Positions 9,562 through 18,085 of a stretch of 64,000 nt of DNA are shown one piece after another (position 1 is the stretch's first letter; every line of letters begins with the position of its first letter). This DNA is from Candidatus Latescibacterota bacterium (GTDB lineage Bacteria > Latescibacterota > UBA2968 > UBA8231): NCBI GenBank assembly GCA_965223905.1, contig CBDCXV010000009.1, positions 416,001 through 480,000 of the forward strand, given 5' to 3'. The notes under the pieces were generated by a model that was not told where the DNA came from, ran no database searches, and worked only from the letters and a program-made list of their open reading frames with translations. Position numbers and translations under genes: made by a program.

Positions 9562-9643
9562 GGTTCGGTTTCTTCCTCTTAAGAGTCGGTAAGGGGGTAA
9601 AGCGGGAGGCCCCGAGCCGGCGACCTCCCGCCCTGAAAAGGTT

Positions 9644-10030
9644 TCAGCCTGTGGGGTGGTCGCGCTCCAGATGCTGAATAGCCCGCGCCTCGATCTCGAC
9701 AATCGAGTGCGGGTGGTCGGCCTCGTCGCGCCACGAGTGCGACGCCAGCCTGCCGGTGACGAACACCGGCGAGCCTTTGGTCAAGCAGTCGGCGCCGCGC
9801 TCGGCCTCGCTGTTGCGGACGATGACGTTGAAGTAGTGCGCCTCGTCCTGCCACTCGCCTTCGAGATCGCGGTACGAGCGGTTGACGCACATCCGGAAGG
9901 ACAGCCGCGACTGCCCGCTCTCGGTGATGCGATACTCGGGGTCCATGTGCAGCCTGCCGGCGATGCACACCTGATTGATGGCGGGCATGGGCAGGGCCGG
10001 ACGCGGCTCCTGTCGGGTTTCCTGTGTCAT
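9644..10030 (-). CDS. ssb: Single-stranded DNA-binding protein lacking acidic C-terminal tail
   Basis: NQVCIAGRLHMDPEYR...LTKGSPVFVTGRL OB fold; ends LERDHPTG. Confidence 0.88.
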   Translation of the reverse strand: MTQETRQEPRPALPMPAINQVCIAGRLHMDPEYRITESGQSRLSFRMCVNRSYRDLEGEWQDEAHYFNVIVRNSEAERGADCLTKGSPVFVTGRLASHSWRDEADHPHSIVEIEARAIQHLERDHPTG

Positions 10031-10098
10031 GGGGTTTCTCCATTGGTGAAGGGGGAGGAAGCCCACAGGCGAGCCTGTGCGCCCCCTCCTGAGTGAGA

Positions 10099-10707
10099 TT
10101 AGCCGGCAGCCCGGTATTTGGCCGGCAGCCGCCTGAAATCGCCGGGCCGATGGGTCACGTATTCGGCCCCGGCCTGTGCGGCCTGCCGGTAGACGTCGGC
10201 GATACTCGGCCCGGCCCCGTGCTCGCGGCGACCCAAACGCCACTTGTAATGGCGGTTGCGGCCCGCGAAGCCCTCGACGGCGGGGTTGGGGTCGACCTCG
10301 GTGATCTGCGCGACGGACAGGTAGACCTCCGCCGCATCGAGCAGCATATCCCGCACCTGCCTGTCGATGGGCCGCTTGGCGAAGTCCGTCACCCGGTACA
10401 GGTCCAGCGGGAAGCTCAACGGGGCCGGGTCATGGCACACAAGCCCGTTGCGCTGTTCGTCGAAGCGGGCGATCCACACCCGCGCCTCGGCGGGAAGCAG
10501 CCCGACCAGCAGGTTGCTGTTCTCGATGAATTGCCCGTTGTCGTAGGCGACCAGATGAACGCCGCCCGTATCGCAGAACAGGCCGGTGGCCCGGTTCGTC
10601 GCCAGCGCCGCAGGGCAGGAGCGGCACTTGGCGATCTGCCCGTGCTTGATGTCGGCGTCCCGGATCTCGACGGTGACCTCCAGCGCGGGGTTCAGGTTGT
10701 TGTCCAT
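10099..10707 (-). CDS. Hypothetical protein
   Basis: 202-aa ORF with GAGGAG RBS in operon. Confidence 0.7.
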   Translation of the reverse strand: MDNNLNPALEVTVEIRDADIKHGQIAKCRSCPAALATNRATGLFCDTGGVHLVAYDNGQFIENSNLLVGLLPAEARVWIARFDEQRNGLVCHDPAPLSFPLDLYRVTDFAKRPIDRQVRDMLLDAAEVYLSVAQITEVDPNPAVEGFAGRNRHYKWRLGRREHGAGPSIADVYRQAAQAGAEYVTHRPGDFRRLPAKYRAAG

Positions 10708-10783
10708 TTGCGTTGGTTCTCCTCAATGGGGGTGAAGGAAGGCAGGGGGGACCGCAGGCCGGCCCCGGCCCCCCCTTAATCCT

Positions 10784-10957
10784 TCATGCGCGGCGAGCCT
10801 TCCGGCGCTGGCCGGGGGTGGCGATCCCGTAGCGCCGGCAGAGACGGCCGAAGCTCGACGGGGCGATCCCGAGCGCGGCGGCCGCGTCGCGGGTGCGGTG
10901 ATACATCCGCGCGGCCCGCTCGATGCGCTCGGGGGTGTAGGCGGTCTGGCTGCTCAT
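10784..10957 (-). CDS. Small Fis-like HTH protein
   Basis: TRDAAAALGIAPSSFGRLCRRYGI; ATGA overlap with radC. Confidence 0.7.
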   Translation of the reverse strand: MSSQTAYTPERIERAARMYHRTRDAAAALGIAPSSFGRLCRRYGIATPGQRRKARRA

Positions 10958-11682
10958 ACGATCCCTGTCTCCTTCAACGACACGAAGTCGGACCGTGCGA
11001 TGATGATGTGATCGAGGACCTCGATGCCCATGATGAGCCCGGCTTCGCGCAGCCGGTGCGTCAGGTCGATGTCGTCCTTGCTCGGCGACACGTCCCCGGA
11101 GGGGTGGTTGTGGGCGAGGATGACCGACGCGGCGCACTTGGCCACGCCGACCCGGAACACTTCGCGGGGGTGGACGATGGACGCGCTCAGGGAACCAATC
11201 GAGACGACCTCCTTGTGGATCACCTGATTGCGAGCGTTGAGGTAGAGGCAGACGAAGAACTCTTTGGGCTCGTCCTTGATGTCGGCCAGCATCGGGATCG
11301 TCTCGGTGGGGGTGCTGATTACCGGCAGGATGCCGATGCCGCGATCCAGCGCCCGGCGGGCGATCTCGACGGCGGCCAGCAGGCAGGCCGCGCGGCGCTC
11401 GGTGACGCCGCGCAGGCCGGCGAGCTTGTCCACGGGCAGGTTGACCAGCTCGCCGAAGTCGAAACGCTCGACGATGGACCGTGCGTCCTCCTCGGACGCG
11501 CCCAAGGCGACGGTCAGCAGCTCGGAATCGCGCATGGACTCGGCACCGTCCGAAATGAGCCGTTCCCGGCACGTAGGAGCCGCCAGAGGGCCGTCGTACA
11601 CCGGGCCGGTCTCTGACACCCTGTCGGCCCCGTGCGCCGGACGGGCGCAGGTGACGCGGTCTGCGGGGGTGTGCATCTTCAT
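10954..11682 (-). CDS. radC: RadC-family JAB/MPN protein
   Basis: VHPREVF and HNHPSGDVSPSKDD JAMM motif, VLDHIII. Confidence 0.93.
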   Translation of the reverse strand: MKMHTPADRVTCARPAHGADRVSETGPVYDGPLAAPTCRERLISDGAESMRDSELLTVALGASEEDARSIVERFDFGELVNLPVDKLAGLRGVTERRAACLLAAVEIARRALDRGIGILPVISTPTETIPMLADIKDEPKEFFVCLYLNARNQVIHKEVVSIGSLSASIVHPREVFRVGVAKCAASVILAHNHPSGDVSPSKDDIDLTHRLREAGLIMGIEVLDHIIIARSDFVSLKETGIV

Positions 11683-11767
11683 GGCTATCCATTCTCCTTG
11701 ACAGAGGGTGATGGTGTGTTGTGGGAGGGGGGGACGTTGTGCGCGTCCTCCCCTCCCTTTTTGGTGC

Positions 11768-12547
11768 CTACTCCAACAGCCGGCAGGCGATGCGCTCCAA
11801 GACTTCGCGGACCGCTTTCGTCGGCTCGGCGTTGATGATCTCCTGCAACTCGGCGGCGACTGCGGCCCGGACCTCGCGGGAAACCTCGCCGCGCACTTCA
11901 TCGCGGATCCGCTGCCTGTGCCGGGTGGCCTCGGCGATGCGCTCCCGCTCCTCGACGATGCCCAGCGCCCGCCGCACCTGTGCTTTCCAGTGCTCGGCGT
12001 TGAGGGTGTGCAGCCCGTTCTCGTACTGCGCCCGCGCCGCATGGCGGAAGCGCCGGAAGTCGAACGGTACCCAGTTGGCGAAGTCGGCAGCCGCCGCCTT
12101 CAGGATGGCCTCGGCGTCCATGCCGTGCTCGGGGTGCAACTGAACCTCCAGCCGCTTGTCGAGAGGACGGGCGTCCAGTTCCAGCGCCACCCGCTCCAGC
12201 ACGTCGAAGCGGCCCGCCCGGTCATAGGCGTCGATGGCGTCCTGAATCCAACGCTTGCACTGCACGTCGTCGGCCATCTTCACGGCGGTATCAAACTCGA
12301 TGTCCTCCAGGTCGCCGCCGGTGCGGATCTCGGCAGCCCGCCGCAGCTTGACCTTGCCCCCGTCGAAGCGGAAGAAGTAGGCCGGCAGAATCCACGGTTT
12401 CGCCTCGACCGTCAGGGCGATGCACGCCATCTGATCGCCGGCCAGCTTGGCGGTGCAGTGCAGCTTGACGAGGGTGTCATACGACCGCTGCACGGCATCG
12501 CCTTGCCGGTTGTCGGCCCCGGCCCCGTTGCCGTTGGGATGCTTCAT
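11768..12547 (-). CDS. Hypothetical protein
   Basis: 259-aa ORF, AAGGA RBS. Confidence 0.7.
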   Translation of the reverse strand: MKHPNGNGAGADNRQGDAVQRSYDTLVKLHCTAKLAGDQMACIALTVEAKPWILPAYFFRFDGGKVKLRRAAEIRTGGDLEDIEFDTAVKMADDVQCKRWIQDAIDAYDRAGRFDVLERVALELDARPLDKRLEVQLHPEHGMDAEAILKAAAADFANWVPFDFRRFRHAARAQYENGLHTLNAEHWKAQVRRALGIVEERERIAEATRHRQRIRDEVRGEVSREVRAAVAAELQEIINAEPTKAVREVLERIACRLLE

Positions 12548-12560
12548 CGGTTTTCCTTTC

Positions 12561-12619
12561 CGGTTTCTTGAGCGCGGCAGGATTGCCGCGCCCTCGTCAG
12601 CCCGTCGATTCGGGGACCG
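12561..12619 (-). ncRNA. Type III hammerhead-ribozyme-like motif, copy A
   Basis: CGG-UC-CCCG(AAUCGA)CGGG-CUGACGA-GGGCGCGGC(AAUCCU)GCCGCGCUC-AA-GAAA-CCG. Confidence 0.7.
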
Positions 12620-12665
12620 TTAAAGGCTGCCGGTGCCCGAGAGGGGAAAGGCACCGGCAGCCCCT

Positions 12666-12876
12666 TCACGCGGGCCAGCCGCGCGGTTTCTTCTTCCCGG
12701 CGTTGCCCTCGATCCACGCCTTCATCCCTTCCCAATGCGGGGTGCGGCTGTCTGTCAGGAACTCGGCCACACCCTCCGCCTTGGTCCGGTTGGTGCTGGC
12801 AAAGCAGAGTCGTTCTTCGGCGTCGAGGACGCGCCACGTCCGACTGCCGCGAGTCTTGACCGCGAGGTAAGTCCAT
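12666..12876 (-). pseudogene. Small gene with 1-nt frameshift just after ATG (or read-through extension of upstream gene)
   Basis: 69 GC3-biased codons (YLAVKTRGSRTWRVLDAEERLCF...) out of frame with the TGATG-coupled ATG. Confidence 0.5.
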
Positions 12877-13313
12877 CAGCTGGCAGCCTTCGCGCCTACC
12901 GGCTCGCCGCAGGCGTGATGCAGCTTGGGGTAGATGGAGGCGCCGCACCGGGGGCAGTCCTTGGTGGCAGGGTCCAGCTTGCCGCCGTGAGAGCCGACAG
13001 CCTCCATCCCGGTCAACTCCTCCAACAGCGGCACCGCCACGTTGTACCGCTCGATCCTCATGGCGATGGCCAGCGCCGTCAGTTGCCCGCCGCCGATCCC
13101 GAGCAGGGCCAGCACGATGGGCGCCTCGCAATCCTCCTCGGCCCATCCCGGACCGTGATAGAAGCAGGTGAGCAACTCAGCCGGCAGACGGTCCTGAACC
13201 TCGGCGGACAGCCGCAAGCCGCCGTGTGAGGCCGTAGCGACGAGATCGACACCGGCGGCGAGGGTTTCGACGTGCTCGATCCGGCCCCACGGGGAGTGTC
13301 CGGGTTTACGCAT
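12876..13313 (-). CDS. DUF7007-like protein with C-terminal zinc ribbon
   Basis: SPWG...ATASHGG...EEDCE motifs; CPRC...HHAC. Confidence 0.65.
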   Translation of the reverse strand: MRKPGHSPWGRIEHVETLAAGVDLVATASHGGLRLSAEVQDRLPAELLTCFYHGPGWAEEDCEAPIVLALLGIGGGQLTALAIAMRIERYNVAVPLLEELTGMEAVGSHGGKLDPATKDCPRCGASIYPKLHHACGEPVGAKAAS

Positions 13314-13333
13314 GGGTTCTTATCTCCGGTTTG

Positions 13334-13389
13334 CGGTTTCTTGAGAGCGGCTCGTCCGCTCCCTCGTTAGCCCGTTGATTCGGGGACCG
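13334..13389 (-). ncRNA. Type III hammerhead-ribozyme-like motif, copy B (G5A core variant)
   Basis: CGG-UC-CCCG(AAUCAA)CGGG-CUAACGA-GGGAGCGG(ACGAG)CCGCUCUC-AA-GAAA-CCG. Confidence 0.65.
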
Positions 13390-13428
13390 TCCAAGCGCCG
13401 GTGCCTGTCAAGCACCGGCGCTTGGGTA

Positions 13429-13719
13429 TCAGTGCGAGACGTGCAGGCCCGCCTCGGCCATGCCCTCGATCAGGTGCTCGATCGCGGACGCGGGAACGTC
13501 CACGGAGCCGAGAAACGGCGAGTCCTCGGCGTGCTCCTCGATCCACTGCCGGCCCTCGTCGGTGAGCACGTCGACGCGGTAGAACGACCCCGAGTCTCGC
13601 ACCACCAGCACGTCCGGCGACTGCGCCACCATGCGCACCTCGGGCAGAACCTCGAAGCGAGGATCGCCGTTGTGGTCAAAGGAGGTCGCCCGCGCGACCT
13701 CGACGAGTACGGTCTGCAT
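13429..13719 (-). CDS. Hypothetical protein
   Basis: 96-aa ORF, GGGAG RBS. Confidence 0.65.
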   Translation of the reverse strand: MQTVLVEVARATSFDHNGDPRFEVLPEVRMVAQSPDVLVVRDSGSFYRVDVLTDEGRQWIEEHAEDSPFLGSVDVPASAIEHLIEGMAEAGLHVSH

Positions 13720-13736
13720 TTGCTTGTTCTCCCTTA

Positions 13737-13925
13737 TCAGGTAGTTGCCACGATGCCGCAGCGCCGGCAGCGGTGGCGGTAGACGCGGTCAGGCACGGAG
13801 ACGGCGATCCAGTCGCCGCCGTCCCGGCACAGGCACGACCACACCCAACCGGGACAGGTAGCCCGCTTGCGCTCCATCGCATCGAGGGAGCGCCGCAGGG
13901 TGACGTGTGGACGGGTGTCAGCCAT
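13737..13925 (-). CDS. Small Cys-rich hypothetical protein
   Basis: TGATG coupling; C...CLC...HRCRRC. Confidence 0.45.
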   Translation of the reverse strand: MADTRPHVTLRRSLDAMERKRATCPGWVWSCLCRDGGDWIAVSVPDRVYRHRCRRCGIVATT

Positions 13926-14068
13926 CAGCCGATAACCCGGTGCCAACGCAGGCGGAAGAAGAACCGCCGCATGTAGGTGTTGAATCCGGCGGGAGTAGGT
14001 CGCGCAGCTATCGGCCCGGTGAGAGCCACAGCCCGCTGATAGGCAAGCAGGTTGAATGCGTTAGCCAT
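13925..14068 (-). CDS. Small hypothetical protein
   Basis: 47-aa ORF overlapping neighbours at both ends. Confidence 0.4.
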   Translation of the reverse strand: MANAFNLLAYQRAVALTGPIAARPTPAGFNTYMRRFFFRLRWHRVIG

Positions 14069-14432
14069 TGCGACCGCACATGTGGACCGCGAGACGGGCA
14101 GCGGCCTCCTCGTAAGCGACGCGGGACAGGCTGTTGGTGTGGCCGCCCGCATCTTGCCAAGCGCACCACGCGGCATGTTCGGCCGCCACGGCCGCGCGGT
14201 AGCGAGCGACCGCAGAACGGATCTGGACGCGATACAGCGCCTTCCATGCGTCGATCCGGTACCGCTCCGCGTGCAGGCCGGCAACGGTCAGCCGAGGCAT
14301 ACGCGGGTGGAAGGACATAGGCACGCGCCGGACCGCCGCCCGCCCGGAGCGGAAGCGCAGATCGAGCTTTTCGTGATAGTCCGAGTCGGGGCGGCGATCC
14401 GCCGGCGGCTCAGTCTTGAAGGTCAGTGGCAT
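14061..14432 (-). CDS. Hypothetical protein
   Basis: GAGG RBS, in operon. Confidence 0.55.
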   Translation of the reverse strand: MPLTFKTEPPADRRPDSDYHEKLDLRFRSGRAAVRRVPMSFHPRMPRLTVAGLHAERYRIDAWKALYRVQIRSAVARYRAAVAAEHAAWCAWQDAGGHTNSLSRVAYEEAAARLAVHMCGRNG

Positions 14433-14510
14433 TGATTGGCCTCTTGTATGTGAAGGGAAACGAACAAGGCCGGAACCGATGACGTACACCGGTCCCGGCC
14501 CGCTCTCAGT

Positions 14511-15092
14511 TCAACGCTCGCTGTACCACGAGCCCCACGTCTCGCCGACACGCTCCGCATTGTCGCGGCAGTTGTCGGTCAGCTCAGTGGCAGCACGACG
14601 GGCCACAGGCTCAGAACGCCACGCCTGCTCGACAGCCCAACAGACATCACACCATCCCGCTTCATTGTGTTCAAGCGCCGAGCGACACGCGATCTGCCCC
14701 TCGACAATGCCGATCTGCAGGTAGTAGTCGCTCTCGTGATGAGAGCCTTGCAGGTGGTTGTGGACAGCCCGCTCAAGCCATTCGACGGCGCAGCGGTGAT
14801 CGGCGAAGCGGTGACCGTCAGAGTCGACAGGCCCCGCCTTGGCAGCCCACAGCTCGCTGTCGCCGTCAAGCTCGATGATGCCGCGCACGGTGTTATCGCG
14901 CCGCACCACTTTGCGTAAGGAGCGAGCCCGCAACGCGAGCGCGAGAGCCGCGGCGACCACTACATCAGGTTCGGTAGCGGTCAGGGCGCGGTAATCGTCG
15001 GCGAACACGGCGCCGGACTGCACCAGCTGGGCCACGCGACGCGCAGCAGCTCGCCGTTTGATCTGACGAACCACCACGGCCGCATCGCACAT
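14511..15092 (-). CDS. Hypothetical protein (start uncertain)
   Basis: Long ORF co-oriented in operon. Confidence 0.55.
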   Translation of the reverse strand: MCDAAVVVRQIKRRAAARRVAQLVQSGAVFADDYRALTATEPDVVVAAALALALRARSLRKVVRRDNTVRGIIELDGDSELWAAKAGPVDSDGHRFADHRCAVEWLERAVHNHLQGSHHESDYYLQIGIVEGQIACRSALEHNEAGWCDVCWAVEQAWRSEPVARRAATELTDNCRDNAERVGETWGSWYSER

Positions 15093-15103
15093 GGTAATCA
15101 GGC

Positions 15104-15277
15104 TCAGCGTCCCCACGAGGACACCGCCCGTTCTCTCTCCTTGGCAGACCATGCGTCGAGCGCAGGGCCATACGTGAGGATCGCGGCAATCAACACCATG
15201 CCGGCGAAGAGGATGGCGGACATGCCCACCACCCTGAACGCCGAATGCCACACGCGCCGAGTAGTGCATCGGTTCAT
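15104..15277 (-). CDS. Small membrane protein, first gene of leftward operon
   Basis: GGAGG RBS; hydrophobic VVGMSAILFAGMVLIAAILTYG. Confidence 0.55.
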   Translation of the reverse strand: MNRCTTRRVWHSAFRVVGMSAILFAGMVLIAAILTYGPALDAWSAKERERAVSSWGR

Positions 15278-15337
15278 TGTGCTTTCCCTCCGGTTGAGGT
15301 TGGGGTTGCATCGGTGTTTGAGTGTAGCCATACCGGG

Positions 15338-15366
15338 ATAATACAGTTTTAATCTACGTAGAGCAA
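15338..15366 (-). promoter_or_regulatory. Promoter for leftward operon
   Basis: TTGCTC-17 bp-TATTAT on minus strand. Confidence 0.6.
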
Positions 15367-15696
15367 GCCCTTTCCTCGCGCCGGTAGTTGCGTTCAGGTC
15401 GTTTCAGGTAAGCCCGTCCGGTTTCTTAATCGAAAACGACAGGCGAACATCGCCCGGACACACGCCGCCCGCCTCGCCGGCCCGGTTCGGCCTCGACCTC
15501 GCCGCACGGCCCCATCAGGCCCGATCCGGCCCCGATTCGGGACCGCTGGACGCACCGCCAGTGCGTCCAGCGAAGCAGGGATTCAGGAGGGGGAAGCGGC
15601 CATTTTCCGGCTCCGGCCCGGAATCCGGCACGGGAGGGGAGCCGGCGAGGGTGGAGCCTTACGCAATCCCCTGAAACTGTATGGTATCTTAGGGTA

Positions 15697-15718
15697 TGGG
15701 TGAACGTATGTTCACCCA
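15697..15718. promoter_or_regulatory. Palindromic operator 1
   Basis: TGGGTGAAC-GTAT-GTTCACCCA. Confidence 0.65.
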
Positions 15719-15952
15719 ATCAGAGAACACCCGATATTTATGTTTAACGCGGGTTCTCAACTATAATGAACCGACAGGGGAGCTATAGAAACAGATTAAG
15801 CGAAATGCGGACATAGATCCTATCTTCCACAAGAAGAGCGGGGGCCGGCCTTGGGAACCGGCTCGAACAGGCGCTTCCCCGGCTCCGATACCCCCGGTTC
15901 TAATTAAGATCCTAATGAAGGAACACGGACCCACAGGTCCACACCCCGAAGC

Positions 15953-15973
15953 ATGGGTGAACGTGCGTTCACC
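15953..15973. promoter_or_regulatory. Palindromic operator 2
   Basis: ATGGGTGAAC-GTGC-GTTCACC. Confidence 0.65.
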
Positions 15974-16091
15974 TCTTTTTTGGTTCGTATAACTCGAGGG
16001 CGAGCGGACGTAGTCGGCGAAGGATTATAGTCAACGACACCGCCAAAAAGGCTTGGCTAAACTGGCCATTGCAGAAAAGGCTGGTACGCTT

Positions 16092-16130
16092 AAAAAAAAG
16101 GACGGGCCCCCCAAGAGGGAGCCCGTCTTT
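16092..16130 (-). terminator. Rho-independent terminator (minus strand)
   Basis: GACGGGC...GCCCGTC stem with T8 tail on minus strand. Confidence 0.65.
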
Positions 16131-16678
16131 CACCCAACAGCACAAGGACCGGCGCTGCGTCAACAGCGATCCGGTCCACATCCATGATTGGAGGCCAAAC
16201 ATGAACGATTTGAAGGTAGTTCCCGAATGAAACACCGGGCAAGAGCGGTGGTACCAGGCCAGCAGGTATGACAAATACGATCTCCGCGGCCGGATTCCTT
16301 CACCGCGTCGGGATGATCCCCTTAATCAGGAAATCTGGGCGGCCATGGCTTCTCCCGACGCTGGACAGGGTCGTCCCGAAAAACCGAACCGGCAATGGAC
16401 GCAGCTCTTATGGGCTGCCGTCCGACGGTCCGTTTCCTGCTCCAATGCGCCGAATGAAGGATGGAGACACCCGACCTGAAAATTTTTTTTAACGGGATTT
16501 AGCCAGGAAAACAGGTTGCATTTGAAACTATAGCCTTTCAAGTCGTTTCAGGACTCGGAAAACCTGGCTGTTTCCCCGCTAAGAGCGTGTTGACTACCAA
16601 GGAAAACCACGGTTGCATAGGAGGTGTTAAGGTGACTTGACAAACCGTTCACCCTTTAAGTCATGGAGCGAAACAGGA

Positions 16679-16852
16679 ATGCCCCGGAAACCGTATTCCT
16701 TCACCGAGCAGGTCTGGTCCCGAGTCTCCCCGAAGCTGCTTCGGAGAGTGTATCAGGCGATAGAGAAAAACGAGTCCGTCGACTCGCTGGCCGCCTGGAT
16801 TCGCCTGGCCATCGTCGAGAAGCTCCACCGCGACGAGCTGATGCAGGTTTGA
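16679..16852 (+). CDS. Ribbon-helix-helix (CopG-like) regulator
   Basis: QVWSRVSPKLLRRV...SLAAWIRLAIVEKL; first gene of replication operon. Confidence 0.6.
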   Translation: MPRKPYSFTEQVWSRVSPKLLRRVYQAIEKNESVDSLAAWIRLAIVEKLHRDELMQV

Positions 16853-16862
16853 GGACTTCCTG

Positions 16863-18085
16863 TTGAGCAGAACCGACGACATAGACTGGCCCGCCTCGAT
16901 GCCGGAGGTAGCCGAACGGCTGCTTGGAAAACCGACGTCGATCCAGAACGGCGGCCATGAATGGCGGTATCGCCGAAAGGGTTCGCTGGCGGTGCATGTA
17001 GGCGGTGACCGGGCAGGCCGTTGGAAGGACCACGAAAGCGGGGATGCCGGCGGCGTGCTGGACCTGATCGAAAGGGAGCGCGGTTGCGATCACGCCGCGG
17101 CCATGAAGTGGCTGGAAGGCGAAGGGCTGATACCGGCCAAGTCAGACCGACGTCGACGTCGAACCGGGGCGGCCCCGACGGGGCCGCCCGCCAAAGCCGC
17201 TCAGAAGCCGGGTGAGCGCCTGTTTGCGGACTCCACCTCGACCCTGCCCGCACCGACGAAGACCGTCAGAAGATTGCCTACGCAGGCTGGATATGGAATG
17301 CGGGGGTTCCCGCCGACGACACCCCCGGACGCATCTATGCGTCGATGACGCGGTGGGTCTGGCCCGGCGTCGAGGTGACCGAATCTCCGAATCTGCCCGA
17401 AGCCGTGCGCTGGTTGTCCCGGGGAGCCGCAGAAGCCCGCGATCCCGAAACCGGCAGGCCCCTGCTGTGGCTGCCCCCAGGCGCCGCCGGCGCCCTGCTG
17501 TTCGCGTTCACCGACGCGGCCGGCCACGTCGTCGCCGTGCACTTCGAGGCCCTGACCGCGGCCGGAGAGCTTGTTCCCTATACCGACCGCGACGGCCAGC
17601 GACATAAGCGATACGAGCGGACTCGAGGGCGCAAGGACGACGGGTACATGCAACTGTCTCCTCGAAGACCCCATGAGCCTCTGCTTGTCCTGGTCGAGGG
17701 CCCTATGGACGCATTGGTGGCAACCTGGTTACAGCCCGGCGCTGTGGTGTGGTGCTGTGGGGGCCGCCTGAAGTTTCCAGCCGACCTGCCCGACGGCGGC
17801 TACGCCGTGCGCATCGAAGCAGACGGCGATGACCCCGGACGGACGGCAGCGGCCGAAGTGCGCGATGCCCTGGAGCTCGAGGGCGTATCAGTGGAGGTGA
17901 ATTGGCGGACCAAGGGAGACCTGGCAGAGGAATGGCCAGACACGCTGCACTACGAGCGTATTGAGCGTGCGGCCCTTCTGGAGATCGACGGGGAACTGAC
18001 CCGGGAAGAAGCCGAAGCCGCCGCCGCCCAAGCCTGGCCGACAAGCCGGCTGTGGGAATTATGGATGAAGCCCAGGAGCGAATGA
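16863..18085 (+). CDS. DnaG/TraC-type primase (N-terminal domain plus Toprim), split by a frameshift near 17150-17250
   Basis: KGSLAVHV...GRWKDHESGDAGGVLDLI in first ORF; LVEGPMDAL and ADGDDPG Toprim in second, whose frame is open back to ~17215. Confidence 0.75.

Noticed and set aside
13391-13425. TTGACA in a hairpin loop as a promoter
   Set aside because: No -10 element at 16-18 bp and not conserved in the other cassette
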